NCBI RefSeq assembly: GCF_964355755.1
Contig: NC_092676.1
Span: 21,780,871-21,844,870, forward strand
Length of the DNA stretch: 64,000 nt
Direction of reading: 5' to 3'
From: Antedon mediterranea
Lineage: Eukaryota > Animalia > Echinodermata
Positions 13,740-26,100 of the stretch are shown in pieces; position 1 is the stretch's first letter; each line of letters starts with the position of its first letter. The position numbers and the translations under genes are program-made. The notes beneath the pieces are model-generated. The model saw only the letters and a list, made by a program, of their open reading frames with translations. It had not been told where the DNA came from and did not search any database.

Positions 13740-14830
13740 AAGTAACCACACAAGAATCGACTACAGTGATGGCCTAGCACAATATTATACCACTGTAGAT
13801 GAATGTGAAACAGAGTTGTGTATACAACAGAAGCATCTACAACAGAGGCATCTACATCAGATTCGCTTACAACAGTCCTCTGCAATTGCTATATTTACAA
13901 CAAAAGAAGGAATCATGGCATAAGATTCCACAACGTATGAATCTAGGCCTACTAATGTAGATGAATTCGAAATTTAGGCATCTACAATTGTGACATTTAC
14001 AACGGATCCATCTACAACTAAGGTATCTACAACTGAGCTCTTCAACAGAGTCGTCTGCAACTGCTACATTTACAAAAAAAGAAGCAACAATACAAAAATC
14101 GACTACAGTAAATGACATGGCAGAAGAATACATAACGTATCAATCTACTTACTGTATGAACTTTAAACTTAGGCATCCACAACAGAGGCATCTACAACTG
14201 AGGTATATACAACTGATGCATCTGCAACTGGTGTATTTACATCAGAGTCGTCTACAACAGAGTCATTTCCATTTACAACAAAAGAAGTAACTACAAAAGG
14301 ATCAACTGTAGATGGATAAGAATTAGCTGTACTCTAGATGACAATTGAATCCACGTATCAGTATGTAGATGAATTTGAAACTGGGGTATCTACTATTGAA
14401 GTATCTACAACTCCAACAGAGTCACCTACAACTGCCATAATTACAACAAAAGAAGGAACTACCAAATGATCTACTACTGTAGATGAAATAGCAGAAGAAT
14501 CCACAACGTATCAATATACTACACTGTAGATGAATTTAAAACGTATGCATATACAATGGAGGCATCTACTAGTAAGCTATCTACAACAGAGTTACCTACA
14601 ACTGCCATAATTACAACACAAGAAGAAACAATGACAAAAGGATCTACTACTGTAGGTGACATGACAGAGAAATCCACAACGTATCAATCTACTACTGTAG
14701 ATGAATAACAACGAAGGTATCTACAACAAAGTCGTCTGCAACTGCCACATTTACAACAAAAGAAAAAAACTACAAGATCAACTACTGTAGCGGCGGAACT
14801 ATCGCAATCGTAGCAGCTTCACCAAGTAAC
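13740..14830 (+). pseudogene. Decayed Thr/Ser/Glu-rich mucin-like repeat coding relic
   Basis: Recurrent TCTACAAC(T/A), ACTGTAGATGAA and TTACAACAAAAGAAG blocks translate to segments such as VSTTPTESPTTAIITTKEGTTK, but they are broken by stops and frameshifts. Confidence 0.45.
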
Positions 14831-15083
14831 AATTTGGTACATCAAGTTATGGTGGTGGTAGATGCTAACGGAACCCGATACCGTCGGCACCGCTACAGAG
14901 TGTGTTTTCCGAGAGTAGAATGAATCACATAGCGCATTTATTGAGACATACACATCAACCAGTAAGTAACTTCTAATTGTTAATTACGGGATATGGTCGC
15001 TTAGAACATTTATAATTCATGCCTTGTCATCAAGTTAATGTGTAATTTGTGATCTAATATTACGGGTTTTTGTAGTGTTGGAT

Positions 15084-15267
15084 TTTGTTTTGTTTGTTTG
15101 TTTTATCTTTATACCGGGTGACCTCTTCAGTCAAAGACTGATCTCCCAGAGGGCCCAGTTGGTGATCAGTGGCTGTGATGTACTAATACACCGGGATAAC
15201 CCCCTACTCGTCTTGAAAGATGTACTAGGTTCTTTAAAGTGCACACGAGCAAGTTGTGTACACTGGA

Positions 15268-15299
<32 letters not shown>

Positions 15300-15434
15300 C
15301 GTTCTACCACCAGAACCATGGAGTGAGTGAGCCTCGAACCCCTGCCAATGTTATGGCTACGTGATTACGGTTCCACTGTCCTAACCACCGCTCGGCCACT
15401 CACTCACTCTAACCGCTCGGCCACTCACTCACTC
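15084..15434 (-). mobile_element. tRNA-derived SINE with a MetaSINE-like central domain
   Basis: Minus strand: A-box TGGCCGAGCGG, B-box GGTTCGAGGC, central GGATAAGGACTTTAAACCGTAGGTCC...GCACTTTAAAGAACC, and an (AAAC)n tail; the head 25-mer is locally duplicated. A decayed + strand copy of the central domain lies at ~32487-32580. Confidence 0.75.
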
Positions 15435-16065
15435 TTTTATTCCACTTAATTTTTTTCTAATTTTGGAATAACCTTTTTTATTTTATAGGTGTATGACAAC
15501 AGTGGATACTATTATAGGAACAACTTAGATCGAAGTTGATAAAAGGTAAATTTAATATGGAAACTAATTAGTTACACTTCTCATTGTGAGTAAAAATCCA
15601 TAACAAGATAATAATGATAACAATACACTTTATTTCAGCACTATAAAGCTTATTATATAATACACAAGACAATTACAATATAACAACATATCATTAAAAT
15701 ACAGGACACTGATTAAAATATTACACAGTTTCAATGGAGCCTCGATTTTTTTTTCATTGTTAGCCATTTTCCATGGGTGGATATAGGCCTCTCCGTCAAT
15801 CCTCTATTAGTCTCTTCTAAGCCAGTTGTTTCCATTCCTCCCTTGCCTCTAAACTCTCTACTTATCTCGCTACCGTCTGTTTTGTCTACCTTCTCCGTTT
15901 CTTCCATGTGGGTTAGGTGTACAGTCTATGGCAAACTCTTCTTTTCTCCTGAATATGTGTCGTGCCTAAATCCACTTTTTTATTTCTTTGATTATTCCGT
16001 TTATATTGTTCTTTCTCTGTCACGGTTGGTAACTCTGTTGCGTCTCTAGTCCCTAATAGCTCTAA

Positions 16066-17521
16066 TCTATATATAAATTTACGTAAGGGCAAAATTCGAT
16101 AAATCGCAGTTTATTTCTAGAATTTTTACTCGATGGTATATAAAGTTGGTTCGTACTTTCGGTACTGATTTTAACCATCTGATGTAACCATGTTTACTAA
16201 TTAAATTGAGTTAGATAATTAGTTATTGACAATTAAAACGAATTTAGGTTCAACGATTTGCCCCAAATAGGGTGTTTCGTGGTCGTGGTATACACTGTCT
16301 AATGGATGTCTAACTTGAAAAATACCCGCAGACAATAATGCAAGGATGCTTCGCATTTTCCTATCTCCTCCTACGATAATTGTTTTTAATAGCTGAAAAC
16401 CGGTTGAACAGCTCGAGTACAGCATCATAATGTTGAAGACAGGCCGATTTTCTTTAAAAAATACTATTTTGATAGATTTAATATACGTTTATACAAATGT
16501 TTTGATCTGCGATAAATGGAACATTCCAATCTCTGTTCCACAAGTGTCTATTCCCTCAGGCGTCGTAAAGACAAGTACTGTACAGTCATAACAGAAATTC
16601 GATACATTTTTTTCCAATCTGTGGAATCCTTTTTTTTTAACGCATAATGAGCTAGCCTTTCCAGTCGCCGTCTATTATGTACAATCAACTTTATTATTGC
16701 AGCTAAACCACCACCAACATCACCACCCTCCCCTCACTGGCATGAGTAGCGTTGTAAAGTCAGTAGAGGACAGGCCTACAGTACGAATGATCAGTACATG
16801 CCCTAAACGCAGAACAACTTTGGTGGTTAGGAAACAACTTAATTTTCAATACAAGTTGGGTAGCATAATTGGCTCTATGAAACACTTGACCATTAGGCCT
16901 ACTAATTAAGTTGAGTTAGATAATTATTTATTGACGATTAAAGCGAATTTACGATTTGCCGCGATTAGAGGTGTTTAATATATTACTGACAGTTCCTTCT
17001 GAACGTTTGTAATCATGTAACTTCAAAAAAATATAAACGTCGTATTAGAGTGATGTATCGTTACATGTACTGTACTATTTCAATCGACTATGACGGTGAC
17101 AGTTTCAACAAAGTATTAAATCGCAATGTTTTACTGTGTTTACTGGTATATTATTTGTAAAACATGAAAACAATTCATATTTCGTTACTAAATCGATAAA
17201 GAATATATTTAAAAATTGTTCGTCTTTGCATCCATCCTCTTCCCCATCCCTCAACCCAAATGTTACATACAAAACACAAATTCAGTTTGTTTCTTATTTT
17301 GTGACAAACTTCTTTTTCGGAAGTAATTCCCGGGGTGCTAATTTTAGTTGAGTACATAAATCACCGTGTCTATTTATTCGTTCCTGTAAACAACATGTAT
17401 TATTGTCCTGCATGTGCATTTGAAGTCGCCAGTTTTTTAAACGCTGAAATTACTATGTATTCGAGAACCATCTGTGGGCACGACCTAGATGGTACGCGAG
17501 CGAAGCGAGCGTACCATCTAG
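16066..17521 (+). mobile_element. Non-autonomous Helitron-like element, family 1 copy 1
   Basis: A|TCTATATATAAATT 5' end; 3' hairpin ending CTAG|T; no TSD; 5' and 3' arms highly similar to 26306-27298. Confidence 0.8.
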
Positions 17522-18854
17522 TCTATATATAAATTATGGTTAATTCTGACATAGGCGAGCACAATGCAAAAACTTCTCTACAAATCTCCGCCTTGGATAC
17601 CTACCTTATCTATCCGAGATGTACCGCGAAACGTAGATTTGATAACATTAGTGTGCACGCCGACGCTATTGTTCCATATTTATATCTTAGGAAGATATTA
17701 TAAAGAGTTTTTTAACAACATTTATGATTTCAACATTGGATTTTCCTCTCAATTTCAATTCTTCCCGGTCAAAGTAATTTCCGGGTTTAAGATAAGTTCA
17801 CCTTAGTTTCAAATATTTTCTCTCTTTTATACACAAGGGAGCAGTTAAAATAATAGATTTGACCCTAAAGGTGACTGGAAACAGGCACTTTCCATCAATC
17901 AATACAGTGTCCCTTTGGAAGACGAAAAAAAAATTGGCCATTAATCATAGCCATTTCAGTTTTTTGTTTATTTTAAAACATACCACACGTGTGTGAAGGT
18001 GCAGTAGTTAAATAATAGGAATTATACTGCAAATTAATAAAGATCAAATTAAATATACGCCATAAAGAATCAGAATATATTGTGGGGAATAGTATTATAA
18101 AATTACATAGGGAGATTTGATAAGACATTTTTCGAGTGAAATCCCGATAGCTGAGTTTTATTGAGTAAGCTTGCAGGAATAACTGTAGGCTATCTTCCTG
18201 TGTCCCGTTAGGACCGAGATGTCTGCCCATGTTGCAAGCCGTAATGTCTTCTTTCTTGGGCCCACTCTGTCACGGCAGTTAGTTTCAAAAGATGATTAAA
18301 TTAAATAATGTATTAATAATTATTAGGATGGTATTCATTTGAATAAACGCCTCTCCAATAAAACATCACTTTGAATAATAACCCCCCCCCCCCCCCCCCA
18401 CACACACAACCCAACTATCTAATAAACGTCCATTCACATATTTATAATAACACAATTATACTATTTGTAGTAGAATTCACCGCACTGTTATCTGCAATTT
18501 ACCAAGCATTTGTTATTCTTTTTTACCACTTTTCATATCTATGAGACGATTTCATTTGATTATAAATGTTACCATATTATTAGAACTAAAAAATTTAACA
18601 TATATCCCTCGAATAAGCACCTCCCTCAAATGACCTCCGCCTTTCCAAAGGGCCCTACCAAACAATAAAAACTATACTTTAAAATGTTATTAATCATCTA
18701 AAACACTGTGAAACAAAGTAGTTTAGTTTTACGAATGTCAAGCATTTTCAATAATGGTAACCGACAGAAAATGTATAAGGAGAACATTATGATTCCGAGA
18801 ACCATCGTCTACACTTCCTAGAGGGGGAGCGAGCGAAGCGAGCTCACCCTCTAG
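17522..18854 (+). mobile_element. Second Helitron-like element directly abutting the first (family 2)
   Basis: Begins TCTATATATAAATT immediately after the CTAG of the previous element; ends GAGAACCATC...CTAGAGGGGGAGCGAGCGAAGCGAGCTCACCCTCTAG|T. Confidence 0.65.
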
Positions 18855-18855
18855 T

Positions 18856-19058
18856 AAGGACAATTTATACAGACGATCGGTTACGGTAAGCGGAAATCAG
18901 CATAGATATTCCCAATAGAGGCTGTATCCTTAATGGGGTGTTGCTCAACCACCCGTCATCTCCACATTTTTTATAAATGGTCATAAGAAATAACATGTAT
19001 TCTATATTTTTGGTTTTTTCGCTTACCGTTACCGCTTACCCTGTGTAAATTGGTCTTT
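18856..19058. mobile_element. Short (~200 bp) MITE
   Basis: Imperfect TIRs AAGGACAATTTATACAG..CGGTTACGGTAAGCG / CGCTTACCGTTACCG..CTGTGTAAATTGGTCTTT. Confidence 0.55.
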
Positions 19059-20859
19059 ACTCACGTAGTTTAGTTATTGTTTTCATGTGGTTATCTATGT
19101 CAATATAAGACATTATGCACTGGTATAGGTTGAATTGAAACGTAACACTCACATTAATAACCACTACTTAACATAACTAAACATTAAAGTAATAACCCAA
19201 TAACCACTAACATAATAATAATTTTAACTGTTAATAATTTATTAAATAAACAACAAACACCTTGATATTTAATTTTAACTATGCTATTAATAATAAAATC
19301 ATAAATTCATTTTTTTACAGATTTTGAAGATGGCAAGTAATGGCGTACGCTTTGACGTCATGGAAATAGTGCCTGACAAACTTCTACAATCCATTTATTG
19401 TACTCAAGTAATGTTTTTTGTCAACATTCTGTCTTTTTACGATATTGAAAATTTAAATCAAATTTGAATACAGATTTTCAATCAGAAATAATGTATTTTT
19501 ACCCTTTTTTTCTGCTACAGTATTCGTTTAATGTATAACATAACACGTGTCAGTTTCAAGGATAAGACATGTTTAATGGTTTAAAATTATTAATGGCTTT
19601 CCTATTATAGTACAACATAAAACAAGAAAACCAATTTATATCAAAGTAGAAATTATAATAACATTATTAACTAGAGGCAATTTACTTCTTCCAAACAGTG
19701 GATGCTTGTCACAGCTACCGATGTATTCTGATAATTATGCTCATTATTAAGTCATTTATAATACATATCTTTTGAATGATTAATAAACACAAACCGAAGA
19801 TATTAATATTATTATTCATTATTGTGTTCGTTATGAATGATTCCTGTATGCCTGCACCTTTAATTGATTGTTTTATTAGTGTAGTTAGTTATAAAGTATT
19901 TATGGATATCATATATGATCTGTTATTTATTAATTTTAAATCTGAAAAATATCGTCAATTAAATGATTAATAATTACTAGGCCTAAATAATGTAAAATAA
20001 AATCTTATTTTTCAACAAATAAAGTATAAATGATCAAATATATTGGTATTCTTGATTCAATTGATGGAATAGACCAAAAAATAAATAATTATGAACACAG
20101 CTATAACACAATAGCATTGAGTTTTGTAACAAATTTGATGGATGAGAACAAAATCAGTCTAGGGCAAGATTCGTCAAACTCGACTATTGAGTATTTTTAC
20201 GTTAGCAATTACGTCATACATTATGATCATAATGGCCTCTATAAGGTTTTAATTTATGCCATAATTTATAGTAGGCCTATGTCCTTCATTTACGATCTGT
20301 GTCTTAAAAGCAGAAGAAAAGAAGAAGAAAAGAATATTAATTCGGCCGTACTTTTGAACATGCAAGCAAAATCGCTGGATGCACCACCCACATGCTTCTT
20401 GAAAACGCAACTAAGGCATACTGTAGCTTGTATTAAACACCTGGATATAGAATTAAATTGTCGTCCAATCAGAATACAGACCGTTGTTACGTCAGGTATT
20501 CCCATTTTTTTATTTGAAAAACAAATACGTATCAATCAATGCACAAAAACTCATACATCACTCAATGATCGACTTTAACAATACTGTATTACCTGTTTGG
20601 TGGATAGTTGGAATAAATAAAGGTATTAATGGCAAAACTAAGCAATCAACTGTAAAAAATTTAATAATATTATCTATCACCTAGAATGTCCATAATATGA
20701 AACACAGGGCTAATAGTTGGATAGAGATTACGCGCGATGCCAGCCGACACAGCTTCTAGTTTGATCCCTCTACTTCGCAATACGTATAGGCTTAGTAGGC
20801 CTAAGTCTTAACGTAACGTGAAATAATAACGTTGTGTAATCTGATTAGAATTAAACTGA

Positions 20860-21072
20860 AAACTGAATTATAAATGACGTCATTGATACGCTGCTTTCAA
20901 AGAAGATTAATCGGCCGTACTACTATTGGTTTGCAAGGTAAATCATTGGAATTAATAACCATGGAGGAAAGTTTCCGTTTCAAGTATCTGACGATGACGC
21001 AGCTTATCCGGTTATAACGCCATTGTCCAGTTATTACTGTACGGTGAGGCGAGTGATCTCAAAGGTCATAAG
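20860..21072 (+). promoter_or_regulatory. Candidate promoter and first non-coding exon of receptor gene A
   Basis: TGACGTCA (CRE/ATF) at ~20875, kB-like GGAAAGTTTCC at 20966-20976, strong donor AAG|GTAAGT at 21072/3; possible second UTR exon 22413-22496; acceptor at 23122. Motif evidence only. Confidence 0.3.
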
Positions 21073-23137
21073 GTAAGTCATACGAAGACCTACTAGCCCA
21101 CTGTTAATGTAAATTATAATCATTTTCTTTGTAAAGATAGGATGTGTAGTTGGCTATAATAGTATAGTTTGGTTAAGAACTGATAACTATTTGAAGTGTA
21201 ACGACATAATTTTCTTATTATAATTCGTGTCTTAATTAGGCCTAGACGCGTTGGAACTTTTTGTCGGTACTATGAAACAAAAAAGTCATCATTACAGTTT
21301 TTTCATGTTTCCGGTTCCCGTGTTGTCCTGTTTTTTTCAGCTTTATGTGCCACCTCTCACAAGCCTTTATTTTGTTAGTTTGCTTCTCTTAGTTAATTCA
21401 AATTATTGTAATTTAGGCCTATATTATAAACTTGGAGAGAATTAGGCCTAAATGTGTTTTTTTATTTTTTTAAAAATTAATATTCATATAACACAATCTT
21501 ATTCATAACGAGAACTTGTTCACAAACATGACCTTATTCCTAAATGAATTCGTTCAAAAATGATTTTTTTAAATAAACTTATATCATCAATTACAATTTC
21601 ATTTCAATCAATGAACACGACAGTAAATTTCATTACAAAACATTTTGAATAAATCGGACCTACTTCTATGCTCGTAAATGTATGTTGAAACAACTAAGAG
21701 AAAATAAAATATATAACTATTTTCTTAGGATTCGTACAATATAGGTGATCAAATAAGTGTTACCTACCGTACTATCACAAAAAACAATAAAATATAAATA
21801 ATCTGATCATTGATTTGCTGATTTAGGCCTACTTAATTAGAAAATGTTACAAACACATTTAAAAAGATAAAATGCAAAAGAGATCGTTCAATTACTAAAC
21901 TGTCTGTGTTCAATGTCTTTGTATACACCAACACGAACTTGACTCAAAATATAGATCCATACGGATTTAAAAATAAAATATACACATACACACGGATTTA
22001 AAAATTACAAATAAGACTACTGGGCTACGTAAAAGTTGACCGTACAGTAATATAAATTAATTCATCAAGCTATGGATTTAATAGATTTATTGGAAAAAAA
22101 GTGAAGGTCAATTTTAATACCTATCCACGAAAGCATAAATACAGATAACAAAAATCATCGCTATTGTTGAGTTGATACTTCTAAATCTTTTATTCCAATC
22201 ACCAATTATTTACCATTGGAATAAACTCAATTGGATTGGATTGTTATGTGAAATAAATTCGGTTAGTATTAAAACTAGTTCGGTTGTCAGTGAGTTTTTT
22301 ATTTTATCTTATGCATCATATTATAAGAAGGTTTTTGATAAGCTTACATCATTTGACGTTTCGGAACTGTACACAAGGAATACTTTTTACACTTTAACTT
22401 TAGTTTTAGTAGGCTAAATGAGCCTGAGTGTGTTCAGTTTCAAGCAAGTCCTATACGAAAGGCAGGCTATCAACAAAAGCCAAAGGCAAATTTTAGGTTA
22501 GTACTTTTAATTTGTTTATAGAGGGCCTAATTTTGTTAGAAAATAAAAGTAGGCCTAGAAAATTAGGTAGTCTAAGTGGTCAAGTTCACAATAACCGACT
22601 ATATACAGATCGATTCAATATTAATTGTTCGTACACTTCTTCATTATCATGGTTTATGTTCAATAGAGTCTTAATATAGATAACGTATTAACATTAACGA
22701 AATAAAATCATGTTTTTATGAAATAATGCATACAAATAGGATCCGTACGAACAGACCATTCATACACTAGGATTAATGAAGTGAAAAACATCAACATACA
22801 ACAATTAAAAAATAATCTTATAAACGAGATTAGCGTAGGCGAATATATGAAAATAATCAATTATAAAGATAAGGAATCGTTATTGCTATGCAGCATTACT
22901 TAGTTTTAAATCGCAAAATTTATTTTTTTATCAGGTTTTTTTAATAGAGAAGATTGTAATTACTTATTTTGTCAGAAACTCATTTTTAGATTGGCGTGGC
23001 TTAAAAATTTGCTATTACACTTTGATGGCTTGTTTTATTAATTGACAGTAAACGTGCACGAACTCGTGTGTATTTTTAACGGTACGTTTATATAATGTTG
23101 AAACATTTATTCTTTTCTCCAGACTTGAGCAACTAAA

Positions 23138-26100
23138 ATGCATCTTAAGATTCTCATAATATTTACAGCGTTGATGTTTTCAAATGTTTCCATGATTGAA
23201 GAATCACGAGGTAAACTAGAGTAATTATTTTGTTGTTTTTGTAATTGAAGAACTTCGTATTTGTTCCATAATCTATACGACTTTTCCGTTCTTAAACATT
23301 TTGCAGCAGTCATGAGATGGATTCTAACTGACTATCCATAGTCAGTATAGAAACATGTCTAGGTGTATGGAATACTTTTAAAACATGTTACTATGATATT
23401 TGTTTGTTTAATCCTTTAAGTACGGTAATGTATGATTTTAACAGTATATTTCAACTTTATAGTGTATTATTTTATATCATTCTCCTGATGTAAAATGTAC
23501 CGTTTACTTAATGTTCTGTTTATTCACCATTCTTAAACAAAAAAACAAGAATAGACTATTTCTAATTCAGTCTTGCTATGTTGCTTTCTAAGATTTTTTA
23601 AACATTATTCATCTTTTTAACATTATGGTAATTCTAATCTATAGTTTCAAATGACTTCATCTCCATGTGCTACGTAACATCATGGGCACAATACCGAGCA
23701 GGAATCGGAGCTTTTACTATTGACAACATCGACCCAGAACTCTGTACTCATGTGATCTATGCCTTTGCAACTGTTGACGATAACTTGCACATAGCCGCAG
23801 CAGAGTGGAACGACATGTCCACAACATGGTCTGTGGGAAACTACGAGAAGCTTCAACAGCTGAAAGACATAAACCCACATCTGCGTACCATATTGAGTGT
23901 TGGGGGCTACGCTCTGGGGACAAAGAAGTTCACACAGCTGTCTTCAAATCAAGAACTACGCGCAGATTTCATCCAGCATTCTGTGACGTTTCTAAGAGAT
24001 AATAGATTTGATGGTCTCCAAGTTGATTGGACATATCCAACATTTGGAGACAGTCCTCCTGAAGATCGGCAGCGATATACTTTGTTATTGGAGGTATGTG
24101 AGGTTTTTATGTATTATCTCCAGTTTTGTTCCGTTGGTGTCTTTCCACTTTGAACATGACATTTAAACTGAAACTAAAACTCAAAATATCAAGAGAAACT
24201 ATACCGTACTTTACAATAGTAATACAATATGTTTTTGTATTTTGAAGAGGTAAGTTAATCTTTTGGATTAATTTATAACGTGTTGCAAATAATTATATTA
24301 TTTGTTTCTTCTCTTCCGCCACTTAACGTTTTAAAGTACTAAGCATACAAAAGATCTCCATTCACAAAAAAAAAAAAAATAACTCCAATTAATTGTTGTT
24401 TATTATATTATTATATTTGACAAAATTCAGGTCAACGAGCCTCGAAATATCTAATACTTACCAATTCATTTACCAATAATTTAAATTTTAAAAGGTTGAA
24501 ATTCTTTGCAGTGTAAATTCATGACTATAGTATACGAATCAATTACAGTTTTTCCTGTAATCAGTGGTAGTAAGATAAGTTGGTTAACTCTGGCATAACT
24601 GTATCGCTTATCCACCAGTAAATTGATATACATGTAAATCATGTAACGTCATGAATATAATAATTATTAATTACTGCTTTCCGGGAATGAAAAATAGGAA
24701 CACGGTTTATTCAACTCTGACGTAATCGTTCTATGCTTTATAATGTACTGAGTTTTTTGACCGTTTATGGTTTGTAGCCATCATTTACTGGTAGGCTTAC
24801 TAACGATGTATTAAAGAATATTACTATTTTATTATATCAAGCTTATTGACCGTTAAGAAGATTGAATTAGTAAGTTTGTATTGTTATCCATGTCAACAAG
24901 TTAAGTCATAGACCTTCTAGTCGGTACTTGATTAAAGTGTAAATAATTTTAAAAGGACAGTTTGTCCAATCACATTTCATTTTTTATATTGTATGATAAA
25001 GTATATATAATTATCATAAGTAGACATCACGATTGCCGCCACTAATAGAATAATGCAGATTGGTTTTAACACAAGCTAAAAAACTGTAATCTAGGCCCTA
25101 TGAAATTTATAAAATAACACAACATAGTTAATTTTGATTGATACGAAATTAGGGGAAAAAAGAAACATTACAATTATTTTTATTTGTAAAATGTGAAATT
25201 TCTCATTTTGTGATTGGTCATCGAATGCACGAAAAGATGATTTAACCAGTGATCCTTAAACAAAATGTGATAACAATAATGGAAAAGTGGGGCACTGTGA
25301 GGCAGTGGGGTACACCAAGAAACTGTATATTCCTCCTCACTCAGGGGGGACCGAGAAAAAGATGGGTACTTTGTTTAACAAGTACAGGGAAGGTAATTCA
25401 GAAAATACACTTTGGTTTCGAAATTTACTGAAAAAGTTCAGTTTAAGAAAATCGGATTATACATCATTTAACAATATTTACTACCGGTACTTTGCAGGAA
25501 CTGGAAATAGCGTTCCGCAAGGAGTCTGAGTTACCAGGAAGACGTCGCCTTCTTCTCATCGCTGCTGTAACCGGAGAAAAGTACTACACGAAGGCTTATG
25601 AAATCGATAAGGTTGCCAGGTAGTAAAAATACTCTTTAAAAAAAAATTCATTATTTTCAGGTTTATTATTACTTTGACTATCAAGTGGCTAATTGTGAAG
25701 CTTTAAAGTACGCGATCGTGTTGTTGAATATAGTTGAGTCACAATGTTTGTTTTGTAATGTTTTTCCCCTAAACGCAATGACATACACGCAACACAATTG
25801 ATTTTACCAATAACAACAGACCATCAAAACCTGTAAATTGGATTCGTTACACGTGCGTACGTACGTCCTTGTGCTAGCGTCGCAACGGCTACTAAAGCTT
25901 GGTTCCCACTAGAACGCAAGGACGTAAACGCAACGCAAGCGTTTTAACCAATGACAAGCAAAGTTATAGACAGTTAGCAATATCACAAGCGAATAAGCCA
26001 TCGCTTGTGATTGGTCAATTCACTTGCGTTGCGTTAAGTCCTTGCGTTGCGTTGCTAGTGGGAACCAAACATTAAAGACGTACTTAAGACGCGTCGAAGC

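Noticed and set aside
15340-15410. tRNA gene
   Set aside because: The A/B boxes belong to the head of a SINE; no complete cloverleaf is evident.
20030-20578. 182-aa ORF upstream of gene A
   Set aside because: No recognisable domain or splice context; composition matches AT-rich non-coding DNA.
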